A stretch of 24,000 nt of DNA. Source: an uncultured Solirubrobacterales bacterium. Lineage in GTDB: Bacteria; Actinomycetota; Thermoleophilia; Solirubrobacterales; Solirubrobacteraceae. The DNA lies in NCBI GenBank assembly GCA_963819075.1, contig CAWFUP010000006.1:302987-326986 (forward strand), read 5' to 3'. A model generated the notes under the pieces. That model was not told the origin of the DNA and made no database searches. It was given only the letters and a program-made list of their open reading frames with translations. Every line of letters starts with the position of its first letter. Position 1 is the first letter of the stretch. The translations under genes were made by a program, and so were the position numbers. Below are positions 7,716 to 15,727 of the stretch, one piece after another.

Positions 7716-8786
7716 CTACGCGCCCGCGGCGGCTGGCTCGAACCCGTAGGCCTCGGCCAGCTCGGGGTCCTTGTCGGCGAGCAGCCGCGCCAGCGACACC
7801 ATCACCTGGCACTGCTTCCAGGTGGCGTCGTCCTGCATCTTGCCGTCGATCATGTGCACGCCGCGGCCGTCGGGGATCGCCTCGATCACCTTCTTGGCGA
7901 AGCGCACCTCCTCGGGATCGGGGCTGAACACCCTCTTGGCGATGTCGATCTGCGCCGGATGCAGCGACCAGGCACCGACGCAGCCCATCAGGAACGCGGC
8001 GCGGAACTGCGTCTCGCAGCCCTCGACGTCCTTGATGTCGCCGAACGGGCCGTAGAAGGGGAGGATGCCCACCGACGTGCAGGCGTCGACCATGCGCCCG
8101 ATCGAGTAGTGCCACAGATCCTGCTGGGCCGTGATGCGCGGCGCCTCGGGGTTCTCGAGGTCGGGGTCGGACATCACGCGGTAGCCCGGGTGGCCGCCGC
8201 CGACCCGCGTCGTCTTCATGCGGCGCGACGCGGCGAGGTCGGCCGGGCCGAAGCTCATGCCCTGCATGCGCGGGCTGGCGGCCGCGATCTCCTCGAGGTT
8301 GGCCACGCCGAGCGCCGTCTCGAGGATCGCGTGCACGAGGATCGGCCGCTCCAGGCCGGCCTTCGCCTCGAGCTGGGCGAGCAGGCGGTCGACGTAGTGG
8401 ATGTCCCACGGCCCCTCGACCTTGGGGACCATGATCACCTCGAGCTTGTCGCCGATCTCGGTGACCAGCGTCGTGATGTCATCGAGCACCCACGGCGACT
8501 CGAGCGAGTTGACGCGCGTCCACAGCGCGGTGGAGCCGAGATCGGTCGTCTTGGCCACCTCGACGAGTCCCTCACGGGCGGCGATCTTACGGTCGACCGG
8601 CACGGCGTCCTCGAGGTTGCCGAGCAGGATGTCGGTCTTCGCGGCGATGTCGCCGGCCTTCGCGCGCATCTTCTCGTTGCTCGCGTCGAGGAAGTGGATC
8701 ATCCGCGAGGGCGGGAACGGGATCTCGCGCAGCGGCTCGGGGGCGCCGATGGCAAGGGGGGTGAAGAAGTCGCGGGGGTTGCGCAC
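7716..8786 (-). CDS. HpcH/HpaI-CitE superfamily acyl-CoA lyase, malyl-CoA / beta-methylmalyl-CoA / citramalyl-CoA lyase (Mcl)-like
   Basis: This is an internal GTG (8786) of ORF 7716..9047, preceded by AAGGAG (8796-8801) at 9-nt spacing. [46 protein letters not shown]...GPFGDIKD...[17 protein letters not shown] match the long Mcl-type pattern rather than short CitE. Confidence 0.85.
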   Translation of the reverse strand: MRNPRDFFTPLAIGAPEPLREIPFPPSRMIHFLDASNEKMRAKAGDIAAKTDILLGNLEDAVPVDRKIAAREGLVEVAKTTDLGSTALWTRVNSLESPWVLDDITTLVTEIGDKLEVIMVPKVEGPWDIHYVDRLLAQLEAKAGLERPILVHAILETALGVANLEEIAAASPRMQGMSFGPADLAASRRMKTTRVGGGHPGYRVMSDPDLENPEAPRITAQQDLWHYSIGRMVDACTSVGILPFYGPFGDIKDVEGCETQFRAAFLMGCVGAWSLHPAQIDIAKRVFSPDPEEVRFAKKVIEAIPDGRGVHMIDGKMQDDATWKQCQVMVSLARLLADKDPELAEAYGFEPAAAGA

Positions 8787-9078
8787 GTCGGGGATCTCCT
8801 TGGGTGAGGTTGCCCTGAACGCTACCTGCTCGCGGGTCGCGGACGGCGGGCGGCGGCCCGGGTCAGCCGTGCGGCCGCGCTGTGCCTTTTCCCAGTGTGG
8901 CCGCATCCCCACTAGGATTCTTGTTTCCGCGACGGCGCGTGCGCCGGCGAACCGGAATGGATCCGGTGCCGGCTGCGGTGCCGCTGTCGGCGCCGTTCGC
9001 GGCGCCGCGCAGGCCTCCTCGCCGCCCAGGACAGGCGGCGCGACCATCCCTCACGCACAGGAGACAACGAGACACCCC

Positions 9079-9609
9079 ATGACCGACACGATCAGCTCCG
9101 TGGAGACCGACCAGGCCGCGCGCGAGGCCTCCGGCGCCCACCCCTACGGCCGCTACTTCGAGGAATTCGAGGTCGGCGCGATCTACAAGCACTGGCCGGC
9201 CAAGACGGTGACCGAGTACGACGACCACCTCTTCTGCCTGCTGACGATGAACCATCACCCGCTGCACCTCAACGATGTGTACGCCAAGCAGTCCCAGCAG
9301 GGGCGCAACGTCGTCGTCGGCCCGTACGTCTACTCGCTGGCGCTCGGGCTGTCGGTCAGCGACGTCAGCGGCAAGGCGATCGCCAACCTTGCCACCGATG
9401 AGCTCTCGCACCCGAACCCGGTGTTTCACGGCGACACGCTGTTCGTGGAGTCCGAGGTGCTCGAGAAGACCGAGTCGCGCAGCAAACCCGATCGCGGCAC
9501 CGTGCGCGTTCACACGCGTGTGCTCAACCAGGACGGCGTGCTCGTCGCCGAGTTCAAGCGGCTGGTGCTGGTCCCGCGCAAGCAGCCCGGCGAGGCGCCG
9601 GCATCCTAG
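9079..9609 (+). CDS. MaoC-like (R)-specific enoyl-CoA hydratase/dehydratase, single hotdog domain
   Basis: This is an internal ATG of ORF 8401..9609. The sequence reads GRYFEEFEVGAIYKHWPAKTVTEYDDHLFCLLTMNHHPLHLNDVYA...NVVVGPYVYSLALGLSVSDVSGKAIANL...NPVFHGDTLFVESEVLEKTESRSKPDRGTVRVHTRVLNQDG. This family signature is shared with itaconyl-CoA and mesaconyl-CoA hydratase-type enzymes. Confidence 0.9.
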   Translation: MTDTISSVETDQAAREASGAHPYGRYFEEFEVGAIYKHWPAKTVTEYDDHLFCLLTMNHHPLHLNDVYAKQSQQGRNVVVGPYVYSLALGLSVSDVSGKAIANLATDELSHPNPVFHGDTLFVESEVLEKTESRSKPDRGTVRVHTRVLNQDGVLVAEFKRLVLVPRKQPGEAPAS

Positions 9610-9679
9610 AAACACCGCAGGAGAGACCGGGGGAATACGGCTTTCACTCAGCCGCAAGGCACGGTAGGCTTCACGTTCT

Positions 9680-9708
9680 CGCCCGATCAAGCGGGCGTTT
9701 TCTGTTCT
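9680..9708 (+). terminator. Probable rho-independent terminator after the MaoC gene
   Basis: CGCCCG-ATCAAG-CGGGCG forms a 6-bp GC stem, followed by TTTTCTGTTCT. Confidence 0.5.
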
Positions 9709-9788
9709 CCGAACGTCGCGCGGGCGCCAGCCCGAGACCGACGCTTCGCTAGCGCCGCCGCCACCTAGGAAGGAGCATCGTCGACCAT

Positions 9789-11593
9789 ATGGAGACCATC
9801 GCCAGCGCCCCGACGAAACACGCCCGTCTGCTCAATTGGGTTCAGGAAGTAGCTGCGCTCACGCAGCCCGACTCCGTGTACTGGTGCGACGGCTCGGCCG
9901 AGGAGTACGACCGGCTGGCCGCGGATCTCGTTGACGCCGGCACGTTCGAGCGCCTGTCCGATGCCAAGCGTCCGAACTCCTATCTCGCGCTCTCCGACCC
10001 GGGCGACGTGGCGCGCGTCGAGGACCGAACCTTCATCTGCTCGGAGCACGAGGTGGACGCGGGGCCGACGAACAACTGGCGTGCCCCCGCCGAGATGCGC
10101 GAGGCGCTCACCGAGCTGTTCCGCGGCAGCATGCAGGGACGCACGATGTACGTGGTGCCGTTCTCGATGGGGCCGCTCGGCTCCGACCACAGCTACATCG
10201 GGGTCCAGCTCACCGACTCGGCCTACGTGGCGGTCAGCATGCGGATCATGACCCGCATGGGCCAGGGCGCCCTCGACGTCCTCGGGAACAAAGGTGACTT
10301 CGTGCCCTGTCTGCATTCGGTGGGCATGCCGCTGCACCGACCGCGTGGAGGACGTCGCCGTGGCCCTGCAACGCCGACAACAAGTACATCGTCCACTTCC
10401 CCGAGACGCGCGAGATCATGTCGTACGGCTCGGGTTACGGCGGTAACGCGCTGCTCGGGAAGAAGTGCTTCGCGCTGCGCATCGCGTCGGTGATGGCCCG
10501 TGACGAGGGCTGGCTGGCCGAGCACATGCTCATCCTCAAGCTCACCTCGCCCGAGGGGAAGGTCAAGTTCATCGCCGGTGCCTTCCCGTCGGCGTGTGGC
10601 AAGACGAACCTCGCGATGCTGATCCCGACGCTCGACGGCTGGCAGGTCGAGTGCGTCGGCGACGACATCGCCTGGATGAAGTTCGGCGAGGACGGCCGGC
10701 TGTACGCCGTCAACCCCGAATACGGCTTCTTCGGTGTCGCGCCGGGCACCGGCGAGCACACCAACCCGAGCGCGATGGGTGCGATCCGCCACGACACGAT
10801 CTTCACCAACTGTGCGCTCACCGACGACGGTGACATCTGGTGGGAGGGGATGACCAAGTCGAAGCCCGCGCATCTGCGCGACTGGCGCCGCAACCACTGG
10901 ACGGCGGACTCAGACACCCCGGCGGCGCATCCGAACGCCCGCTTCACGGTGCCGGCCGCACAGTGCCCGGTGATGGCGCCGGAGTGGGACGACCCGGCCG
11001 GCGTGCCGATCGACGCGATCCTGTTCGGCGGACGCCGCGCGTCGGTCGTGCCGCTCGTGCACGAGGCGCGCGACTTCGAGCACGGGGTGTTCCTCGGCTC
11101 GGTGATGTCCTCCGAGACGACCGCCGCGGCGGCCGGCCAGGTGGGGGCGCTGCGCTTCGACCCGTTCGCGATGCTCCCGTTCTGCGGCTATGACATGGCG
11201 CAGTACTTCGCTCACTGGCTCGAGATCGGCAAGCGCGGCGACGCCGACAAGCTGCCGAAGTTCTTCTACGTCAACTGGTTCCGCAAGGACGACGACGGCC
11301 ACTTCCTGTGGCCGGGCTTCGGCGAGAACAGCCGCGTGCTTGCCTGGGTGTTCCGTCGCTGCGACGGCGAGGCCGAGGCGGTCGAGTCGCCGATCGGCCT
11401 CATCCCGGCGCCCGGGGCGATCGACACCGAGGGTCTGGATATCGCCGAGGAGGACCTCGCGAAGGTCCTATCCGTGGACGCGGGGGCGTGGGCGGCCCAG
11501 CTGCCGCAGTACCACGAGCACTACGCGAAGTTCGAGCGGCTGCCGGCCGAGCTGCACGCTCAGCTGAAGGCGCTCGAAGCGCGACTGGCCTAG
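9789..11593 (+). pseudogene. pckG: GTP-dependent phosphoenolpyruvate carboxykinase, reading frame broken by two 1-nt insertions (about 10335-10338 and 10360)
   Basis: ORF 9789..10493 carries the N-terminus through [15 protein letters not shown] 10418..11593 and its upstream frame carry [43 protein letters not shown]...[12 protein letters not shown]...GDDIAWMKF to the end. The conserved linker DRVEDVA is encoded in the third frame (10339-10359). The total span is 1805 nt, which is 3n+2. Confidence 0.9.
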
Positions 11594-11612
11594 CGAACCT
11601 CGGCACGCCAGC

Positions 11613-11659
11613 GAGCGGATGGGCACGGGCGGCGCCGGGGCGGCGTCGCCGGTCCGCTC
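11613..11659. terminator. GC-rich nested hairpin between convergent genes (possible bidirectional terminator, no U-tract)
   Basis: The outer arms are GAGCGGA (11613-11619) and TCCGCTC (11653-11659). The inner stem is GCGGCGCC (11629-11636) paired with GGCGTCGC (11642-11649), with one G-U pair. Confidence 0.3.
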
Positions 11660-11678
11660 ACGCGCGAGCTACGCGCCC

Positions 11679-12260
11679 CTAGTCGTGCCCGTGCGCCTCG
11701 CCCGCCGCGGCCGGCGGGCGCGATTCCTCGGCGAGGGAGGTGATCGTCAGCGTGCCACGGGCCGCCTGCTCGAGGACCTCGGTGGCCTCCTCGAGCGAGC
11801 GCGCGTAGAGCTCGACGAGCAGATGCACGACGATGCGGCCGTCGTCCTCATGCTTGTGGAAGCGCACGTGGGTGAAGAACTCGCGGATGCCGTGGTCGCC
11901 GAACGCCGCGTAGGAGAGCGCGTCGCCGGCCTCGGGGCCGGAGCAGGTCTCGACATCGTCGGCGTCGACCGTCACCGTGCAGGACGCGACCCATGGCGTG
12001 CCGGCGATCATCCGCTCCCAGCGATCCTCGATCGGCTCGACGCGGCCATCCTTGAAGCCGAGGTGCGGCTGGTCGTGCATGCAGTCGAGGCATTGCACGA
12101 CCGCCTCCTGGAGCTCGTCGACGACCTCGGCGCGCTCGCCCGTCTGAGGGTCGATCTTGTGGATGCCCTCGTAGTGCACCTGCACCTCGAGATCCTGGGA
12201 CCAGCAGCGGTAGCAGCGCAGCCAGCTCCGGGCCGTCGTCTCGGGCAGGCCGCTGTCCAT
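11679..12260 (-). CDS. Hypothetical acidic protein with an N-terminal Cys4 (CxxC...CxxC) putative zinc-ribbon; function unknown
   Basis: This is the internal ATG (12260) of ORF 11679..12308. The sequence reads MDSGLPETTARSWLRCYRCWSQ...VVQCLDCMHDQ. Third-position GC is very high throughout, while the opposite-strand ORF 11619..12422 has Arg/Ala-rich shadow composition. TAGAAT lies 7 nt upstream of the ATG. Confidence 0.7.
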   Translation of the reverse strand: MDSGLPETTARSWLRCYRCWSQDLEVQVHYEGIHKIDPQTGERAEVVDELQEAVVQCLDCMHDQPHLGFKDGRVEPIEDRWERMIAGTPWVASCTVTVDADDVETCSGPEAGDALSYAAFGDHGIREFFTHVRFHKHEDDGRIVVHLLVELYARSLEEATEVLEQAARGTLTITSLAEESRPPAAAGEAHGHD

Positions 12261-12267
12261 GACGCCA

Positions 12268-12277
12268 ATTCTATGCT
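12268..12277. promoter_or_regulatory. Overlapping back-to-back -10-like boxes for two divergent, apparently leaderless genes
   Basis: The plus strand reads TATGCT (12272-12277), 6 nt, then GTG 12284 (mobA-like). The minus strand reads TAGAAT (12273-12268), 7 nt, then ATG 12260 (Cys4 protein). The whole intergenic gap is 23 bp. Confidence 0.35.
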
Positions 12278-12283
12278 GCGATC

Positions 12284-12892
12284 GTGCCCGGCACGCCGCT
12301 GCGTCCACGAGAGCCCGTCGGCGCGCTGCTGGCCGGCGGCGCGGGAAGGCGGCTCGGAGGGGCCAAGGCGTGCGTCGCGCTCGCCGGCCAGCCGCTCCTG
12401 GCGTGGCCGCTCGCCGCGCTGAGCGGCGCGCTGACGCGCGTCGCCGTGGTCGCCAAGGCCGACTCGGAGCTGCCCTCGCTTCCCGCCGCGGTGGAGCGCT
12501 GGGAGGAGCCCGCGCTGCCGCGGCACCCGATCGTCGGGATCATCGAGGCGCTGCGCCGGGCCGACGGAGTCGCGGTCATCGTGTGCGCGGTCGACCTACC
12601 ACTCGTCGACGCCGCGCTGATAAGTGCCTTGGCCGCCGCCGACGCCGGCGGTGCGCCGGCGGTGATCGCCGCGGCGCCGGATCATCGCCCCCAGCCGCTC
12701 CTGGCCCGCTACGAGCCCGCGGCACTACCGCTCCTCGTGGCCGCTCCCGAGGACGCGCCGCTGACCGCGACGGTGCTGGCCCTCGTTCCGGCGCTGCTGC
12801 AGGTCCCCGCCGCCGCGCTGCTCAACGTGAACGACGAACGCGACCTCCGCGTCGCCGAGCGGCTGCTCGGCTATCCGAACGTGAACGCGTAG
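12284..12892 (+). CDS. mobA: Molybdenum cofactor guanylyltransferase (MobA-like nucleotidyltransferase)
   Basis: GTG start. GALLAGGAGRRLGGAKACVALAGQPLLAWPL matches the MobA N-terminal LAGGxxxRMG..K..L...G.PLL signature. VIVCAVDLPLVD is also present. The gene lies near moaA. Confidence 0.7.
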   Translation: MPGTPLRPREPVGALLAGGAGRRLGGAKACVALAGQPLLAWPLAALSGALTRVAVVAKADSELPSLPAAVERWEEPALPRHPIVGIIEALRRADGVAVIVCAVDLPLVDAALISALAAADAGGAPAVIAAAPDHRPQPLLARYEPAALPLLVAAPEDAPLTATVLALVPALLQVPAAALLNVNDERDLRVAERLLGYPNVNA

Positions 12893-14616
12893 CCGGTGAT
12901 CCCGGGCGCCACGCGCAGCGTCAGGCGATGCTGCTCGTCACCGGGCAGCGACGCGAGCGTGTACAGCCGCTGGCCGGTCACGGTCACCACCCCGTCGTGC
13001 ACGTCGGCGCCCTGGTCGGCGGCGGGGATCGGCCGGCCGTCGAGGAGCACCTCGATCGGGCGCGGCACTCCACCGGCCGAGCTGAGCACGAGGTAGACGT
13101 TCTTGGCCACGAACTCGGCGTCGATCGTCGCGCCGCTGAGCGCCGTCGCCGGCTGACCGCCGATGTTCCACGTGCCGCCGAAGGCGAAGTCGTTCGCCGG
13201 CAGGCTCCCGGTCGGGGCAACGTAGGTGTGCGATCCCGGCAGCGGCTCCCCGTCGATCCAGCCCTGAGCACGCTCGGTGCCGAGGTAGGTCTCGGGCGTG
13301 GCCGCGTTCGTCGGTACGACGACGTGCTTCGGCCGCGCGGCGCCAGTCGGCGTGGCCCGTCCCGCCGCCGAGAGCAGCGCGCGGATCGCCGACTCGGTCT
13401 TGCCGTAGTCGCCCTCGCCGAAGCTGGCGTAGCGCACGTGGCCGGTGGCGTCGACGAGGTAGTCGGCCGGCCAGTACTGGTTGCCGTAGGCGTTCCAGGT
13501 GCCGTAGTTGTTGTCCTGGACCACCGGGTAGTGGATGCCGAATTGAGAGATCGCGTCGGCGACGTTCGACGCCTCGTGCTCGAAGGGGAACTCGGGCGTC
13601 TCAACGCCGATGATCGTCAGCCCGGCTGACCGGTACTTCGCGTCCCACGCCTCGAGGTAGGGCAGCGTGCGGATGCAGTTGATGCAGGTGTACGTCCAGA
13701 AGTCGATGAGCACCACGCGTCCGCGCAGGCCGGCCAGGGTGAGCGGCCGGGCACCCGCGGTGTTGAACCACTGCTGCGTGTCGGTCAGCGGAGGCGCGGC
13801 GCCGAGGTCGGGATAGGCGCTCGCCGCGGACGGGTCGGCCGCGGTCGTGTGCGACTGTGCCGTCGAGGCGACGAACTTCGCGTTGTGGCCGGTGATCTCG
13901 TGCAGGCGACCGGTGACCGCGCTCGAGCGCTCCAGGCCATACGTCAGATCCAGGTTGGCGATGTTCTTCGCGACCCACTCGTTGATCGTCAGATCGGTGT
14001 TCGTGACGATCACGAGCGCGGTCACGAGCATGACCGCGCCGAGCACGCGCTGCAATGTCGCGCCGCCGACGGTCTTGCGCACGCGATCGAACAGCCTATG
14101 CCCGCCGAGGGCGAGCGCAAAGAGGACAGCGGCCGAGCCGAACGTGTAGGCGACGGCGACGGCCACCGTGCGCCCGGTCACCGCGCCGACGGCGATGACC
14201 GAGCCGAGGATCGGTCCGGCGCACGGGACGTAGACGAATCCGAGCGCGGCGCCGACGACGAGCCCCGAGCGAAATCCGTCGCCCTTCGAGCGCGGACCGA
14301 AGCGCGACAGCGAGGCCAGCGGCGCCTCCAGCCGCGCGGCGAGCGCGGGGAAGACGAGTGCGCCGCCGAAGCCGGCGAGCACGACGACGGCGAGGATCCG
14401 CCCGGCGGAATCGCCGAGCCCGACACCGTTGACCACGGTCGACAGACCAATGATCGTGATGGCGAAGGTGAGCGACAGCCCCAGCACGACGCCGAGCGGC
14501 CGCCGCCGCCCGCCGACTCCGCTGGCCGACAGCAGCGCGGGCAGCACCGGCAGCACGCACGGGCTGAGGGCGGTGCCGGCTCCCGCGAGCACGGCGAAGG
14601 GTAGAAGGACGATCAT
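12871..14616 (-). CDS. dipZ: DipZ-like fusion protein: CcdA/DsbD-type thiol-disulfide transporter membrane domain, thioredoxin-like (TlpA/redoxin) domain and a C-terminal beta-rich domain
   Basis: The N-terminal transmembrane region contains LSPCVLPVLP and VPCAGPIL (CcdA motifs). It is followed by VVLIDFWTYTCINCIRTLP (a CxxC redoxin) and a tail of about 150 aa. The architecture matches mycobacterial DipZ. Confidence 0.9.
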   Translation of the reverse strand: MIVLLPFAVLAGAGTALSPCVLPVLPALLSASGVGGRRRPLGVVLGLSLTFAITIIGLSTVVNGVGLGDSAGRILAVVVLAGFGGALVFPALAARLEAPLASLSRFGPRSKGDGFRSGLVVGAALGFVYVPCAGPILGSVIAVGAVTGRTVAVAVAYTFGSAAVLFALALGGHRLFDRVRKTVGGATLQRVLGAVMLVTALVIVTNTDLTINEWVAKNIANLDLTYGLERSSAVTGRLHEITGHNAKFVASTAQSHTTAADPSAASAYPDLGAAPPLTDTQQWFNTAGARPLTLAGLRGRVVLIDFWTYTCINCIRTLPYLEAWDAKYRSAGLTIIGVETPEFPFEHEASNVADAISQFGIHYPVVQDNNYGTWNAYGNQYWPADYLVDATGHVRYASFGEGDYGKTESAIRALLSAAGRATPTGAARPKHVVVPTNAATPETYLGTERAQGWIDGEPLPGSHTYVAPTGSLPANDFAFGGTWNIGGQPATALSGATIDAEFVAKNVYLVLSSAGGVPRPIEVLLDGRPIPAADQGADVHDGVVTVTGQRLYTLASLPGDEQHRLTLRVAPGITGYAFTFG

Positions 14617-14703
14617 GGCACGTGCATAGACAGCCCCCCAGGGCCGAACCTTCCGTCCGCCGAGCTCGCCTAAGCGTTACACGCCGCTCGCGGCGGCCCA
14701 GGC

Positions 14704-15708
14704 TCAGCCGCCGATCGCCGACATCGTGCGGGCCGGCGGGACGAATCCGGGCTCGTTGACGCGGTGTTTGAGCTCCTTGCGCCAGACCGCGCCGGCGATC
14801 AGCTCGGCGAGGTCTTCATCGCTTGCGCCGCCGCGGAGCAGCGGCCGCAGGTCGGTCTCGCGCTCGGAGAACAGGCAGGTGCGCAGCTGACCCTCGGCGG
14901 TCATGCGGATGCGGTTGCAGTCGCCGCAGAACGGCTCGGACACCGGGTTGATGAAGCCGATGCGGCCTCGTCCGTCGGCGAAGCGATACACGCGAGCGGT
15001 GGCGCTCGGTTCGCGAGGCTCGGGCTCGAGCGGGTAGACCGCGTCGATCGCCCGGCGGATCTCCTCGCCGGTGAGGACCTGCTCGGGGGTCCAGGCCCGG
15101 TCCGCGTCGAGTGGCATGAACTCGATGAAGCGGATCTCGTAGGGCTGCTCGCGGGCCAGGCGCGCAAACGGGATCACCTCTTGCTCGGTGAAGCCGCGCA
15201 GCCCGACGGCGTTGACCTTGATCGGGCCGACACCGGGGACTGCCGCGAGCGCCGCCAGGCCGCGCAGGACCTGGGGCAGCGCGTCGCGGCGCGTCATCGC
15301 GAAGAAGCGGTCGCGCTGCAGCGAGTCCACCGAGACGTTGAAGCGGTCGACGCCGGCCTCGGCCAGCGCCGCCGCATCGCGTTCGAGCAGGAAGCCGTTC
15401 GTCGTGAGCGACAGCTCGCGCAGCCCCTCGATCGGACGCAGCATCCCGACCAGCGTCGGCAGGTCGCGGCGCACGAGCGGCTCACCGCCGGTGAGACGCA
15501 CGTCGCGGATGCCCATCGACACGAGCAGGGCCACGACGCGCTCGATCTCCTCGAAGCGCAGGATCTCATCGCGGTGCAGCCACGGTATGCCCTCCGCCGG
15601 CATGCAGTACTGGCAGCGGAAGTTGCAGCGGTCGGTGACCGACAGGCGCAGGTCCTCGATCGCCCGGCCATGGGCGTCGACGAGGACGGGCGGCTCGGCA
15701 AGCGCCAT
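14704..15708 (-). CDS. moaA: GTP 3',8-cyclase MoaA (radical SAM, molybdenum cofactor biosynthesis)
   Basis: LRLSVTDRCNFRCQYCMP is the CxxxCxxC radical SAM motif. LTGGEPL is present, as is the C-terminal CGDCNRIRMTAEGQLRTCLF, the site of the second cluster. Confidence 0.95.
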   Translation of the reverse strand: MALAEPPVLVDAHGRAIEDLRLSVTDRCNFRCQYCMPAEGIPWLHRDEILRFEEIERVVALLVSMGIRDVRLTGGEPLVRRDLPTLVGMLRPIEGLRELSLTTNGFLLERDAAALAEAGVDRFNVSVDSLQRDRFFAMTRRDALPQVLRGLAALAAVPGVGPIKVNAVGLRGFTEQEVIPFARLAREQPYEIRFIEFMPLDADRAWTPEQVLTGEEIRRAIDAVYPLEPEPREPSATARVYRFADGRGRIGFINPVSEPFCGDCNRIRMTAEGQLRTCLFSERETDLRPLLRGGASDEDLAELIAGAVWRKELKHRVNEPGFVPPARTMSAIGG

Positions 15709-15727
15709 GCCTACACCGTACTCCGCG

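Noticed and set aside
6470-8807. Plus-strand ORFs 6470..7657 (395 aa) and 7686..8807 (373 aa), opposite the SucC-like and lyase genes.
   Set aside because: These are shadow ORFs, rich in Arg, Asp, Leu and Ala and repetitive in character. The minus-strand products align by eye to well-known enzyme families over their full length.
9610-9679. A 70-nt stretch between the MaoC stop and its terminator, considered as a possible 3'-UTR-derived small RNA or small ORF.
   Set aside because: It has no start codon with a ribosome-binding site, no recognisable RNA family and no conserved structure that I can verify by eye. It is treated as an ordinary 3' UTR.
10329-10364. Programmed ribosomal frameshifting in pckG.
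   Set aside because: There is no slippery heptamer or stimulatory structure at either site. Two independent +1 events 23 nt apart would be needed. Indel error or mutation is far more parsimonious.
12871-12892. Convergent 3'-end overlaps: mobA/dipZ (22 nt) and cyclase/kinase (19157-19175, 19 nt).
   Set aside because: Short tail-to-tail overlaps are common in compact GC-rich genomes and need no special explanation. They are noted only because they leave no room for terminators.
15709-15727. A molybdenum cofactor riboswitch upstream of moaA.
   Set aside because: Only 19 nt separate moaA from the upstream kinase stop, so there is no room for an aptamer of about 130 nt. No long structured leader precedes mobA or dipZ either.
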